Part shown: in pieces, positions 28,801 through 44,800 of the stretch
How the letters are laid out: each line of letters starts with the position of its first letter
Numbering within the stretch: position 1 is the stretch's first letter
Assembly: GCF_009914755.1 (NCBI RefSeq)
Contig: NC_060933.1
Strand: one strand, 5' to 3'
DNA length: 64,000 nucleotides
DNA from: the human T2T-CHM13v2.0 reference genome, Homo sapiens
Notes under the pieces: generated by a model
What the model saw: the letters and a program-made list of their open reading frames with translations, nothing else
Databases searched by the model: none
What the model was told of the DNA's origin: nothing
Position numbers and translations under genes: made by a program

Positions 28801-31800
28801 GGTTAATTCCATTCCATTCCATTCCATTCCATTCTATTCCATTCCATTGCAATCGAGTTGAATCCATTGCATTTCATTCCATTCCATTCCATTCCATTCC
28901 ATTCCGGAAGATTCCATTCCATTGCATTCCAATCCATTCCATTCCCCTGCACTCGCGTTGATTCCATTCCATTCCATTCCATTCCATTCCATTCCGTTCC
29001 GTTCCGTTCCGTTCCATTCCATTCCATTCCATTCCATTCCATTCCGTTCCGTTCCATTCCATTCCATTCCATTCTATTCGGGTTAATTCCATTCCATTCC
29101 ATTCGATTGCAATCGTGTTGATTCCATTCCATTCCATTCCATTCCATTCCATTCCATTCCATTCCTTTCCATTCCATTACGGATGATTCCATTCCATTGC
29201 ATTCCATTCCATTCCATTCCCCTGTACTCGGGTTGATTCCATTCCATTGCATTCCAATCCATGCCCTTCCACTCGTGTTGATTCCATTCTTTCCATTCCA
29301 TTCAAGTTGAATCCATTCCATTGCATTCCATTCCATTCGATTCCATTCGATTGCACTCGGGTTGATTCCATTCCATTGCATTCCATTCCATTCCATTCCA
29401 TTCCATTCCATTCCGTTCCATTCCATTCCATTACATTCGGGTTGATTCTATTCAACTCCCTTACTCTACATTACATTCCATTCGATTCGGGCTGTTCCAT
29501 TCCATTCCATTCCATTCCACTCCATTCCATTGCACTCGGGTTTATTCCATTCCATTCCATTCCATTCCTTTCCGTTCCGTTCCATTCCATTCCATTCCAT
29601 TCTATTCGGGTTAATTCCATTCCATTCCATTCGATTGCAATCGAGTTGATTCCATTCCATTCCATTCCATTCCATTCCATTCCATTCCATTCCTTTCCAT
29701 TCCATTACGGATGATTCCATTCCATTGCATTCCATTCCATTCCATTCCCCTGTACTCGGGTTCATTCCATTCCATTCCATTCCAATCCATGCCATTCCAC
29801 TCGTGTTGATTCCATTCTTTCCATTCCATTCAAGTTGAATCCATTCCATTGCATGCCATTCCATTCCATTCCCCTGCAGTCGGGTTGATTCCATTCCATT
29901 CCATTCCTTTCCATTCCATTCCATTCCATTCCATTCCGTTCCGTTCCGTTCCATTCCATTCCATTCCATTCTATTCGGGTTAATTCCATTCCATTCCATT
30001 CCATTCCATTCCATTCCATTCCATTCCAATCGAGTTCATTCCATTCCATTCCATTCCATTCCATTCCATTCCATTCCATTCAACTCCATTCCATTCCTTT
30101 CCATTCCATTCCACTCGGGTTGATTCCAATGTATTCCTTTCCATTCCATTCCATTCCATTGCAATCGAGTTGATTCCATTGCTTTGCATTCCATTCCATT
30201 CCATTCCATTCCGGATGATTCCATTCCATTGCATTCCATTCCATTCCATTCCCCTGCACTCGGGTTGATTCCATTCCATTCCACTCCATTCCGTTCCATT
30301 CCATTCCATTCCATTGTATTCGGGTTAATTCCATTCCATTCCATTCCATTCCATTCCATTCCATTCCATTCCATTACAATCGAGTTGATTCCATTCCATT
30401 CCATTCCATTCCATTCCAGTCCTTTCCATTCCATTCCAATCGGGTTGATTCCATTCCATTCCATTCCATTGCATTCCATTCCATTCCACTCCATTCCAGT
30501 CCTTTCCATTCCATTCCACTCGGGTTGATTCCAATGTATTCCTTTCCATTCCATTCCATTCCATTGCAATCGAGTTGATTCCATTGCTTTGCATTCCATT
30601 CCATTCCATTCCATTCCGGATGATTCCATTCTATTGCATTCCATTCCATTCCATTCCCCTGCACTCGGGTTGATTCCATTCCATTCCCCTCCATTCCATT
30701 CCATTCCATTCCATTCCATTGTATTCGGGATAATTCCATTCCATTCCATTCCATTCCATTCCATTCCATTCCATTCCATTACAATCGAGTTGATTCCATT
30801 CCATTCCATTCCATTCCAGTCCTTTCCATTCCATTCCACTCGGGTTGATTCCATTCTATTAGTTTCCATTCCATTCCATTCCCTTCCATTGTATTCGGGT
30901 TAATTCCATTCCATTCCATTCCATTCCATTCCATTCCATTCCATTCCATTCCATTACAATCGAGTTGATTCCATTCCATTCCATTCCATTCCAGTCCTTT
31001 CCATTCCATTCCACTCGGGTTGATTCCAATGTATTCCTTTCCATTCCATTCCATTCCATTGCAATCGAGTTGATTCCATTGCTTTGCATTCCATTCCATT
31101 CCATTCCATTCCGGATGATTCCATTCCATTGCATTCCTTTCCATTACATTCCCCTGCACTCACGTTGATTCCATTCCATTCCATTCCATTCCATTCCATT
31201 CAATTCCATTCCATTACAATTCGTTCCATTCCATTCTATTCCGTACCATTCCATTCCATTCCATACCATTCCATTCCATTCCATTCCATTCCATTCCGTT
31301 CCGTTCCGTTCCATTCCATTCCATTCCATTCCATTCTATTCGGGTTAATTCCATTCCATTCCATTCGATTGCAATCGAGTTGATTCCATTCCATTCCATT
31401 CCATTCCATTCCATTCCATTCCTTTCCATTCCATTACGGATGATTCCATTCCATTGCATTCCATTCCATTCCATTCCCCTGTACTCGGGTTCATTCCATT
31501 CCATTCCATTCCAATCCATGCCATTCCACTCGTGTTGATTCCATTCTTTCCATTCCATTCAAGTTGAATCCATTCCATTGCATTCCATTCCATTCCATTC
31601 CCCTGCAGTCGGGTTGATTCCATTCCATTCCATGCCATTCCATTCCATTCCATTCCAATCAAGTTGATTCCATTCCATTCCATTCCATTCCATTCCATTC
31701 CATTCCACTCCATTCCAGTCCTTTCCATTCCATTCCACTCGGGTTGATTCCAATGTATTCCTTTCCATTCCATTCCATTCCATTGCAATCGAGTTGATTC

Positions 31801-34800
31801 CATTGCTTTGCATTCCATTCCATTCCATTCCATTCCGGATGATTCCATTCCATTGCATTCCATTCCATTCCATTCCCCTGCACTCGTGTTGATTCCATTC
31901 CATTCCACTCCATTCCATTCCATTACATTCCATTCCATTGTATTCGGGTTAATTCCACTCCATTCCATTCCATTCCATTCCATTCCATTCCATTACAATC
32001 GAGTTGATTCCATTCCATTCCATTCCATTCCAGTCCTTTCCATTCCATTCCACTCGGGTTGATTCCATTCTATTAGTTTCCATTCCATTCCATTCCCTTC
32101 CATTCCACTCTGGTTGATTCCATTTCTTTCCATTCCACTCGAATACATTCCCTCCTATTCCACTCGGAACGATTCCATTCCATTCCATTCCATTCCATTC
32201 CATTTCATTCCATTCCATTCCGTTCCATTCCGTTCCATTCCATTCCATTCCATTCTATTCGGGTTAATCCCATTCCATTCCATTCCTTTCCATTCTATTC
32301 CATTCCATTGCAATCGAGTTGAATCCATTGCATTTCATTCCATTCCATTCTATTCCATTCAGGAAGATTCTATTCCATTGTATTCCATTCCATGCCATTC
32401 CCTTGCTCTCGCGTTGATTCCATTCCATTCCATTCCATTCCATTCCATTCCATTCCATTCCTTTCTGTTCCGTTCCATTCCATTCCATTCCATTCCATTC
32501 CATTCCATTCCGTTTCATTCCATTCCATTCCATTCTATTCGGGTTAATTCCATTCCATTAAATTCGATTGCAATCGTGTTGATTCCATTCCATTCCATTC
32601 CATTCCATTCCATTCCTTTCCATTCCATTACGGATGATTCCATTCCATTGCATTCCATTCCATTCCATTCCCCTGTACTCGGGTTGATTCCATTCCATTG
32701 CATTCCAATCCATGCCCTTCCACTCGTGTTGATTCCATTCTTTCCATTCCATTCAAGTTGAATCCATTCCATTGCATTCCATTCCATACGATTCCATTCG
32801 ATTGCACTCGGGTTGATTCCATTCCATTGCATTCCATTCCATTCCATTCCATTCCATTCCATTCCGTTCCATTCCATTCCATTACATTCGGATTGATTCT
32901 ATTCAATTCCCTTACACTCCATTACATTCCATTCCATTCGGGTAGTTTCCATTTCATTCCATTCCATTCCTCTCCATTCCATTGCACTCGGGTTGATTCC
33001 ATTCCATTTCATTCCATTCCATGCCATTCAATTCCATTCCGTTCCATTCCATTCCATTACATTCGAATTGACTCTATTCAACTCCCTTACTCTCCATTAC
33101 ATTCCATTCCATTCGGGTTGTTCCATTCCATTCCATTCCATTCCACTCCATTCCATTGCACTCGGGTTTATTCCGTTCCATTCCATTCCATTCCATTCCA
33201 TTCCATTCCATTCCATTCCGGAAGATTCCATTCCATTGCATTCCATTCCATTCCATTCCCCTGCACTCGCGTTGATTCCATTCCATTCCATTCCTTTCCA
33301 TTCCATTCCTTTCCGTTACATTCCACTCGATTCCATTCCATTCCATTCCATTCCGTTCCGTTCCGTTCCGTTCCATTCCATTCCATTCCATTCTATTCGG
33401 GTTAATTCCATTCCATTCCATTCGATTGCAATCGAGTTGATTCCATTCCATTCCATTCGATTGCAATCGAGTTGATTCCATTCCATTCCATTCCATTCCA
33501 TTCCATTCAATTCCTTTCCATTCCATTACGGATGATTCCATTCCATTGCATTCCATTCCATTCCATTCCCCTGTACTCGGGTTGATTCCATTCCATTCCA
33601 TTCCAATCCATGCCATTCCACTCGTGTTGATTCCATTCTTTCCATTCCATTCAAGTTGAATCCATTCCATTGCATTCCATTCCATTCCATTCCCCTGCAG
33701 TCGGGTTGATTCCATTCCATTCCATTCTATTCCATTCCATTCCATTCCGTTCCGTTCCGTTCCGTTCCATTCCATTCCATTCTATTCGGGTTAATTCCAT
33801 TCCATTCCATTCCATTCCATTCCATTCCATTCCATTCCAATCGAGTTGATTCCATTCCATTCCATTCCATTCCATTCCACTCCATTCCAGTCCTTTCCAT
33901 TCCATTCCACTCGGGTTGATTCCAATGTATTCCTTTCCATTCCATTCCATTCCATTGCAATCGAGTTGATTCCATTGCTTTGCATTCCATTCCATTCCAT
34001 TCCATTCCGGATGATTCCATTCCATTGCATTCCATTCCATTCCATTCCCCTGCACTCGTGTTGATTCCATTCCATTCCACTCCATTCCGTTCCATTCCAT
34101 TCCATTCCATTGTATTCGGGTTAATTCCATTCCATTCCATTCCATTCCTTTCCAGTCCTTTCCATTCCATTCCACTCGGGTTGATTCCATTCTATTAGTT
34201 TCCATTCCATTCCATTCCCTTCCATTCCACTCTGGTTGATTCTATTCCTTTCCATTCCACTCGAATACATTCCCTCCTATTCCACTCGGAACGATTCCAT
34301 TCCATTCCATTCCATTCCATTCCATTCCATTTCGTTCCATTCCATTCTATTCCGTATCGTTCCATTCCATTCCGTTCCATTCCATTCCATTCCATTCCAC
34401 GCGTGTTGATTCCATTCCTTTCCATTCCATTCCGTTTGAAGGCATTCCATTCCATTCCATTCCATTCCATTGCATTCCATTCCATTCCATTCCATTGTAC
34501 TCGTGTTGATTCCATTCCATTGCATTCCGTTCCATTCCATTCCATTCCATTCCGTTGCATTCCATTCCATTACATTCGGATTGATTCTATTCAACTCCCT
34601 TACTCTCCATTACATTCCATTCCATTCGGGTTGTTCCATTCCATTCCATTCAATTCCACTCCATTCCATTGCACTCGGGTTGATTCCATTCCATTCCATT
34701 CCATTCCATTCCGGATGATTCCATTACATTGCATTCCGTTCCATTACATTCCCCTGCACTCGCATTGATTCCATTCCATTCCATTCAATTCCATTCCATT

Positions 34801-35806
34801 ACAATTCGTTCCATTCCATTCTATTCCGTACCATTCCATTCCATTCCATTCCATTCCATTCCATTCCAATCCATTCCATTGCAATCGAGTTGATTCCATT
34901 CCATTCCTTTCCATTCCATTCCATTGCAATCGAGTTGATTCCATTCCATTCCTTTCCATTCCATTCCATTGCCTTGCATTCCAATCGGGTTGATTCCATT
35001 CCATTCTTTCCACTCCATTACATTCCCTTCCATTCCACTCGGAATGATTGATTCCATTCCACTCGGAATGATTGATTCCATTCCATTCCATTCCATTTCA
35101 TTCCGTTGCAATCCATTCCAATCTATTCCATTCCATTCCATTCCACTCGAGTTGATTTCATTCCATTCCTTTCCATTCCATTCCATTCCTTTCCACTCGA
35201 GTTGATTCCATTCCATTCCATTGCATTGCATTCCATTCCATGCCATTCCACTCGGGTTGATTCCATTCCTTTGCATTCCATTCCATTCCATTCCGTTCCA
35301 TTCCGTTCCATTCCGTTCCATTCCGTTCCATTCCATTCTATTCGGGTTAATTCCATTCCATTCCATTCCATTCCATTCCATTCCATTCCATTCCATTGAA
35401 ATCGAGTTGAATCCATTGCATTTCATTCCATTCCATTCCATTCCATTCCATTCCGGAAGATTCCATTCCATTGCATTCCATTCCATTCCATTCCCCTGCA
35501 CTCGCGTTGATTCCATTCCATTCCATTCCATTCCATTCCATTCCGTTCCGTTCCATTCCATTGCATTCCATTCTATTCGGGTTAATTCCATTCCATTCCA
35601 TTCGATTGCAATCGTGTTGATTCCATTCCATTCCATTACATTCCATTCCATTCCATTCCTTTCCATTCCATTACGTATGATTCCATTCCATTGCATTCCA
35701 TTCCATTCCATTCCCCTGTACTCGGGTTGATTCCATTCCATTGCATTCCAATCCATGCCCTTCCACTCGTGTTGATTCCATTCTTTCCATTCCATTCAAG
35801 TTGAAT
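25843..35806 (+). repeat. ~10-kb higher-order repeat, copy A (9964 bp)
   Basis: Rare variants recur at a fixed offset: cgatttcactc at 25878/35842/46171 and ccttgccatt at 26217/36181/46510. Identical ORF-track translations at 25892/35856/46185 and 28134/38098/48437. Confidence 0.92.
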
Positions 35807-38800
35807 CCATTCCATTGCATTCCATTCCATTCGATTCCATTCGATTTCACTCGGGTTGATTCCATTCCATTGCATTCCATTCCATTCCATTCCATTCCAT
35901 TCCCTTCCATTCCATTCCGTTCCATTCCATTCCATTACATTCGGATTGATTCTATTCAATTCCCTTACACTCCATTACATTCCATTCCATTCGGGTAGTT
36001 TCCATTCCATTCCATTCCATTCCTCTCCATTCCTTTGCACTCGGGTTGATTCCATTCCATTGCATCCCATTCCATTCCATTCAATTCCATTCCGTTCCAT
36101 TCCATTCCATTACATTCGGATTGATTCTATTCAACTCCCTTAGTCTCCATTACATTCCATTCCATTCGGGTTGTTCCATTCCTTGCCATTCCATTCCACT
36201 CCATTCCATTGCACTCGGGTTTATTCCATTCCATTCCATTCCATTCAATTCAATTCCATTCCATTCCGGAAGATTCCATTCCATTGCATTCCATTCCATT
36301 CCATTCCCCTGCACTCGCGTTGATTCCATTCCATTCCATTCCATTCCATTCCATTCCATTCCATTCCTTTCCGTTCCATTCCATTCCATTCCATTCCATT
36401 CCATTCCGTTCCGTTCCATTCCATTCCATTCCATTCTATTCGGGTTAATTCCATTCCATTCCATTCGATTGCAATCGAGTTGATTCCATTCCATTCCATT
36501 CCATTCCATTCCATTCCATTCCATTCCATTCCTTTCCATTCCATTACGGATGATTCCATTCCATTGCATTCCATTCCATTCCATTCCCCTGTACTCTGGT
36601 TGATTCCATTCCATTCCATTCCAATCCATGCCATTCCACTCGTGTTGATTCCATTCTTTCCATTCCATTCAAGTTGAATCCATTCCATTGCATTCCATTC
36701 CATTCCATTCCCCTGCAGTCGGGTTGATTCCATTCCTTTCCATTCTATTCCATTCCATTCCATTCCAATCAAGTTGATTCCATTCCATTCCATTCCATTG
36801 CATTCCATTCCATTCCACTCCATTCCAGTCCTTTCCATTCCATTCCACTCGAGTTGATTCCAATGTATTCCTTTCCATTCCATTCCATTCCATTGCAATC
36901 GAGTTGATTCCATTGCTTTGCATTCCATTCCATTCCATTCCATTCCGGATGATTCCATTCCATTGCATTCCATTCCATTCCATTCCCCTGCACTCGGGTT
37001 GATTCCATTCCATTCCCCTCCATTCCATTCCATTCCATTCCATTCCATTGTATTCGGGTTACTTCCATTCCATTCCATTCCATTCCATTTCATTCCATTC
37101 CATTACAATCGAGTTGATTCCATTCCATTCATTTCCATTCCAGTCCTTTCCATTCCATTCCAGTCGGGTTGATTCCATTCTATTAGTTTCCATTCCATTC
37201 CATTCCCTTCCATTGTATTCGGGTTAATTCCATTCCATTCCATTCCATTCCATTCCATTCCATTCCATTCCATTCCATTACAATCGAGTTGATTCCATTC
37301 CATTCCATTCCATTCCAGTCCTTTCCATTCCATTCCACTCGGGTTGATTCCAATGTATTCCTTTCCATTCCATTCCATTCCATTGCAATCGAGTTGATTC
37401 CATTGCTTTGCATTCCATTCCATTCCATTCCATTCCGGATGATTCCATTCCATTGCATTCCATTCCATTCCATTGCCCTGCACTCGGGTTGATTCCATTC
37501 CATTCCACTCCATTCCGTTCCATTCCATTCCATTCCATTGTATTCGGGTTAATTCCATTCCATTCCATTCCATTCCATTCCATTCCATTCCATTACAATC
37601 GAGTTGATTCCATTCCATTCCATTCCATTCCAGTCCTTTCGATTCCATTCCAATCGGGTTGATTCCATTCTATTAGTTTCCATTCCATTCCATTCCCTTC
37701 CATTCCACTCTGGTTGATTCCATTCCTTTCCATTCCACTCGAATACATTCCCTCCTATTCCACTCGGAACGATTCCATTCCATTCCATTCCATTCCATTC
37801 CATTCCATTCCATTCCGTTCCGTTCCATTCCATTCCATTCCATTCTATTCGGGTTAATTCCATTCCATTCCATTCGATTGCAATGGAGTTGATTCCATTC
37901 CATTCCATTCCATTCCATTCCATTCCATTCCATTCCATTCCATTCCATTCCTTTCCTTTCCATTCCATTACGGATGATTCCATTCCATTGCATTCCATTC
38001 CATTCCATTCCCCTGTACTCGGGTTGATTCCATTCCATTTCATTCCAATCCATGCCATTCCACTCCTGTTGATTCCATTCTTTCCATTCCATTCAAGTTG
38101 AATCCATTCCATTGCATTCCATTCCATTCGATTCCATTCGATTGCACTCGGGTTGATTCCATTCCATTGCATTCCATTCCATTCCATTCCATTCCATTCC
38201 ATTCCGTTCCATTCCATTCCATTACATTCGGATTGATTCTATTCAATTCCCTTACACTCCATTACATTCCATTCCATTCGGGTAGTTTCCATTCCATTCC
38301 ATTCCATTCCTCTCCATTCCATTGCACTCGGGTTGATTCCATTCCATTGCATTCCATTCCATTCAATTCCATTCCGTTCCATTCCATTCCATTACATTCG
38401 GATTGATTCTATTAAACTCCCTTACTCTCCATTACATTCCTTTCCATTCGGGTTGTTCCATTCCATTCCATTCCATTCCACTCCATTCCATTGCACTCGG
38501 GTTGATTCCATTACATTCCATTCCATTCCATTCCCGATGATTCCATTCCATTGCATTCCGTTCCATTACATTCCCCTGCACTCGCGTTGATTCCATTCCA
38601 TTCCATTCCATTCCATTCAATTCCATTCCATTACAATTCGTTCCATTCCATTCTATTCCGTACCATTCCATTCCATTCCATACCATTCCATTCCATTCCA
38701 TTCCATTCCATTCCATTCCATTCCATTCCGTTCCATTCCGTTCAATTGCATTCCATTCTATTCGGGTTAATTCCATTCCATTCCATTCCATTCCATTCTA

Positions 38801-41800
38801 TTCCATTCCATTGCAATCGAGTTGAATCCATTGCATTTCATTCCATTCCATTCCATTCCATTCCATTCCGGAAGATTCCATTCCATTGCATTCCAATCCA
38901 TTCCATTCCCCTGCACTCGCGTTGATTCCATTCCATTCCATTCCATTCCATTCCATTCCGTTCCGTTCCGTTCCGTTCCATTCCATTCCATTCCATTCCA
39001 TTCCATTCCGTTCCGTTCCATTCCATTCCATTCCATTCTATTCGGGTTAATTCCATTCCATTCCATTCGATTGCAATCGTGTTGATTCCATTCCATTCCA
39101 TTCCATTCCATTCCATTCCATTCCATTCCTTTCCATTCCATTACGGATGATTCCATTCCATTGCATTCCATTCCATTCCATTCCCCTGTACTCGGGTTGA
39201 TTCCATTCCATTGCATTCCAATCCATGCCCTTCCACTCGTGTTGATTCCATTCTTTCCATTCCATTCAAGTTGAATCCATTCCATTGCATTCCATTCCAT
39301 TCGATTCCATTCGATTGCACTCGGGTTGATTCCATTCCATTGCATTCCATTCCATTCCATTCCATTCCATTCCATTCCGTTCCATTCCATTCCATTACAT
39401 TCGGGTTGATTCTATTCAACTCCCTTACTCTACATTACATTCCATTCGATTCGGGCTGTTCCATTCCATTCCATTCCATTCCAATCCATTCCATTGCACT
39501 CGGGTTTATTCCATTCCATTCCATTCCATTCCTTTCCGTTCCGTTCCATTCCATTCCATTCCATTCTATTCGGGTTAATTCCATTCCATTCCATTCGATT
39601 GCAATCGAGTTGATTCCATTCCATTCCATTCCATTCCATTCCATTCCATTCCATTCCTTTCCATTCCATTACGGATGATTCCATTCCATTGCATTCCATT
39701 CCATTCCATTCCCCTGTACTCGGGTTCATTCCATTCCATTCCATTCCAATCCATGCCATTCCACTCGTGTTGATTCCATTCTTTCCATTCCATTCAAGTT
39801 GAATCCATTCCATTGCATGCCATTCCATTCCATTCCCCTGCAGTCGGGTTGATTCCATTCCATTCCATTCCTTTCCATTCCATTCCATTCCATTCCATTC
39901 CGTTCCGTTCCGTTCCATTCCATTCCATTCCATTCTATTCGGGTTAATTCCATTCCATTCCATTCCATTCCATTCCATTCCATTCCATTCCATTCCAATC
40001 GAGTTCATTCCATTCCATTCCATTCCATTCCATTCCATTCCATTCCATTCAACTCCATTCCATTCCTTTCCATTCCATTCCACTCGGGTTGATTCCAATG
40101 TATTCCTTTCCATTCCATTCCATTCCATTGCAATCGAGTTGATTCCATTGCTTTGCATTCCATTCCATTCCATTCCATTCCGGATGATTCCATTCCATTG
40201 CATTCCATTCCATTCCATTCCCCTGCACTCGGGTTGATTCCATTCCATTCCACTCCATTCCGTTCCATTCCATTCCATTCCATTGTATTCGGGTTAATTC
40301 CATTCCATTCCATTCCATTCCATTCCATTCCATTCCATTCCATTACAATCGAGTTGATTCCATTCCATTCCATTCCATTCCATTCCAGTCCTTTCCATTC
40401 CATTCCAATCGGGTTGATTCCATTCCATTCCATTCCATTGCATTCCATTCCATTCCACTCCATTCCAGTCCTTTCCATTCCATTCCACTCGGGTTGATTC
40501 CAATGTATTCCTTTCCATTCCATTCCATTCCATTGCAATCGAGTTGATTCCATTGCTTTGCATTCCATTCCATTCCATTCCATTCCGGATGATTCCATTC
40601 CATTGCATTCCATTCCATTCCATTCCCCTGCACTCGGGTTGATTCCATTCCATTCCCCTCCATTCCATTCCATTCCATTCCATTCCATTGTATTCGGGAT
40701 AATTCCATTCCATTCCATTCCATTCCATTCCATTCCATTCCATTCCATTACAATCGAGTTGATTCCATTCCATTCCATTCCATTCCAGTCCTTTCCATTC
40801 CATTCCACTCGGGTTGATTCCATTCTATTAGTTTCCATTCCATTCCATTCCCTTCCATTGTATTCGGGTTAATTCCATTCCATTCCATTCCATTCCATTC
40901 CATTCCATTCCATTCCATTCCATTACAATCGAGTTGATTCCATTCCATTCCATTCCATTCCAGTCCTTTCCATTCCATTCCACTCGGGTTGATTCCATTC
41001 TATTAGTTTCCATTCCATTCCATTCCCTTCCATTCCACTCTTGTTGATTCCATTCCTTTCCATTCCACTCGAATACATTCCCTCCTATTCCACTCGGAAC
41101 GATTCCATTCCATTCCATTCCATTCCATTCCATTCCATTCCATTCCATTCCATTTCGTTCCATTCCATTCTATTCTGTATCATTCCATTCCATTCCATTC
41201 CATTCCATTCCATTGTACTCGTGTTGATTCCATTCCATTGCATTCCATTCCATTCCATTCCATTCCATTCCGTTGCATTCCATTCCATTACATTCGAATT
41301 GATTCTATTCAACTCCCTTACTCTCCATTACATTCCATTCCATTCGGGTTGTTCCATTCCAATCCATTCCATTCCACTCCATTCCATTGCACTCGGGTTG
41401 ATTCCATTCCATTCCATTCCATTCCATTCCATTCCATTCCATTCCATTCCGGATGATTCCATTCCATTGCATTCCTTTCCATTACATTCCCCTGCACTCA
41501 CGTTGATTCCATTCCATTCCATTCCATTCCATTCCATTCAATTCCATTCCATTACAATTCGTTCCATTCCATTCTATTCCGTACCATTCCATTCCATTCC
41601 ATACCATTCCATTCCATTCCATTCCATTCCATTCCGTTCCGTTCCGTTCCATTCCATTCCATTCCATTCCATTCTATTCGGGTTAATTCCATTCCATTCC
41701 ATTCGATTGCAATCGAGTTGATTCCATTCCATTCCATTCCATTCCATTCCATTCCATTCCATTCCTTTCCATTCCATTACGGATGATTCCATTCCATTGC

Positions 41801-44800
41801 ATTCCATTCCATTCCATTCCCCTGTACTCGGGTTCATTCCATTCCATTCCATTCCAATCCATGCCATTCCACTCGTGTTGATTCCATTCTTTCCTTTCCA
41901 TTCAAGTTGAATCCATTCCATTGCATTCCATTCCATTCCATTCCCCTGCAGTCGGGTTGATTCCATTCCATTCCATGCCATTCCATTCCATTCCATTCCA
42001 ATCAAGTTGATTCCATTCCATTCCATTCCATTCCATTCCATTCCATTCCACTCCATTCCAGTCCTTTCCATTCCATTCCACTCGGGTTGATTCCAATGTA
42101 TTCCTTTCCATTCCATTCCATTCCATTGCAATCGAGTTGATTCCATTGCTTTGCATTCCATTCCATTCCATTCCATTCCGGATGATTCCATTCCATTGCA
42201 TTCCATTCCATTCCATTCCCCTGCACTCGTGTTGATTCCATTCCATTCCACTCCATTCCATTCCATTACATTCCATTCCATTGTATTCGGGTTAATTCCA
42301 CTCCATTCCATTCAATTCCATTCCATTCCATTCCATTACAATCGAGTTGATTCCATTCCATTCCATTCCATTCCAGTCCTTTCCATTCCATTCCACTCGG
42401 GTTGATTCCATTCTATTAGTTTCCATTCCATTCCATTCCCTTCCATTCCACTCTGGTTGATTCCATTTCTTTCCATTCCACTCGAATACATTCCCTCCTA
42501 TTCCACTCGGAACGATTCCATTCCATTCCATTCCATTCCATTCCATTTCATTCCATTCCATTCCGTTCCATTCCGTTCCATTCCATTCCATTCCATTCTA
42601 TTCGGGTTAATCCCATTCCATTCCATTCCTTTCCATTCTATTCCATTCCATTGCAATCGAGTTGAATCCATTCCATTTCATTCCATTCCATTCTATTCCA
42701 TTCAGGAAGATTCTATTCCATTGTATTCCATTCCATGCCATTCCCTTGCTCTCGCGTTGATTCCATTCCATTCCATTCCATTCCATTCCATTCCATTCCA
42801 TTCCTTTCTGTTCCGTTCCATTCCATTCCATTCCATTCCATTCCATTCCATTCCGTTTCATTCCATTCCATTCCATACTATTCGGGTTAATTCCATTCCA
42901 TTAAATTCGATTGCAATCGTGTTGATTCCATTCCATTCCATTCCATTCCATTCCATTCCTTTCCATTCCATTACGGATGATTCCATTCCATTGCATTCCA
43001 TTCCATTCCATTCCCCTGTACTCGGGTTGATTCCATTCCATTGCATTCCAATCCATGCCCTTCCACTCGTGTTGATTCCATTCTTTCCATTCCATTCAAG
43101 TTGAATCCATTCCATTGCATTCCATTCCATACGATTCCATTCGATTGCACTCGGGTTGATTCCATTCCATTGCATTCCATTCCATTCCATTCCATTCCAT
43201 TCCATTCCGTTCCATTCCATTCCATTACATTCGGATTGATTCTATTCAATTCCCTTACACTCCATTACATTCCATTCCATTCGGGTAGTTTCCATTTCAT
43301 TCCATTCCATTCCTCTCCATTCCATTGCACTCGGGTTGATTCCATTCCATTTCATTCCATTCCATGCCATTCAATTCCATTCCGTTCCATTCCATTCCAT
43401 TACATTCGAATTGACTCTATTCAACTCCCTTACTCTCCATTACATTCCATTCCATTCGGGTTGTTCCATTCCATTCCATTCCATTCCACTCCATTCCATT
43501 GCACTCGGGTTTATTCCGTTCCATTCCATTCCATTCCATTCCATTCCATTCCATTCCATTCCGGAAGATTCCATTCCATTGCATTCCATTCCATTCCATT
43601 CCCCTGCACTCGCGTTGATTCCATTCCATTCCATTCCATTCCATTCCTTTCCATTCCATTCCTTTCCGTTACATTCCACTCGATTCCATTCCATTCCATT
43701 CCATTCCGTTCCGTTCCGTTCCGTTCCATTCCATTCCATTCCATTCTATTCGGGTTAATTCCATTCCATTCCATTCGATTGCAATCGAGTTGATTCCATT
43801 CCATTCCATTCGATTGCAATCGAGTTGATTCCATTCCATTCCATTCCATTCCATTCCATTCAATTCCTTTCCATTCCATTACGGATGATTCCATTCCATT
43901 GCATTCCATTCCATTCCATTCCCCTGTACTCGGGTTGATTCCATTCCATTCCATTCCAATCCATGCCATTCCACTCGTGTTGATTCCATTCTTTCCATTC
44001 CATTCAAGTTGAATCCATTCCATTGCATTCCATTCCATTCCATTCCCCTGCAGTCGGGTTGATTCCATTCCATTCCATTCTATTCCATTCCATTCCATTC
44101 CGTTCCGTTCCGTTCCGTTCCATTCCATTCCATTCTATTCGGGTTAATTCCATTCCATTCCATTCCATTCCATTCCATTCCATTCCATTCCAATCGAGTT
44201 GATTCCATTCCATTCCATTCCATTCCATTCCACTCCATTCCAGTCCTTTCCATTCCATTCCACTCGGGTTGATTCCAATGTATTCCTTTCCATTCCATTC
44301 CATTCCATTGCAATCGAGTTGATTCCATTGCTTTGCATTCCATTCCATTCCATTCCATTCCGGATGATTCCATTCCATTGCATTCCATTCCATTCCATTC
44401 CCCTGCACTCGTGTTGATTCCATTCCATTCCACTCCATTCCGTTCCATTCCATTCCATTCCATTGTATTCGGGTTAATTCCATTCCATTCCATTCCATTC
44501 CTTTCCAGTCCTTTCCATTCCATTCCACTCGGGTTGATTCCATTCTATTAGTTTCCATTCCATTCCATTCCCTTCCATTCCACTCTGGTTGATTCTATTC
44601 CTTTCCATTCCACTCGAATACATTCCCTCCTATTCCACTCGGAACGATTCCATTCCATTCCATTCCATTCCATTCCATTCCATTTCGTTCCATTCCATTC
44701 TATTCCGTATCGTTCCATTCCATTCCGTTCCATTCCATTCCATTCCATTCCACGCGTGTTGATTCCATTCCTTTCCATTCCATTCCGTTTGAAGGCATTC

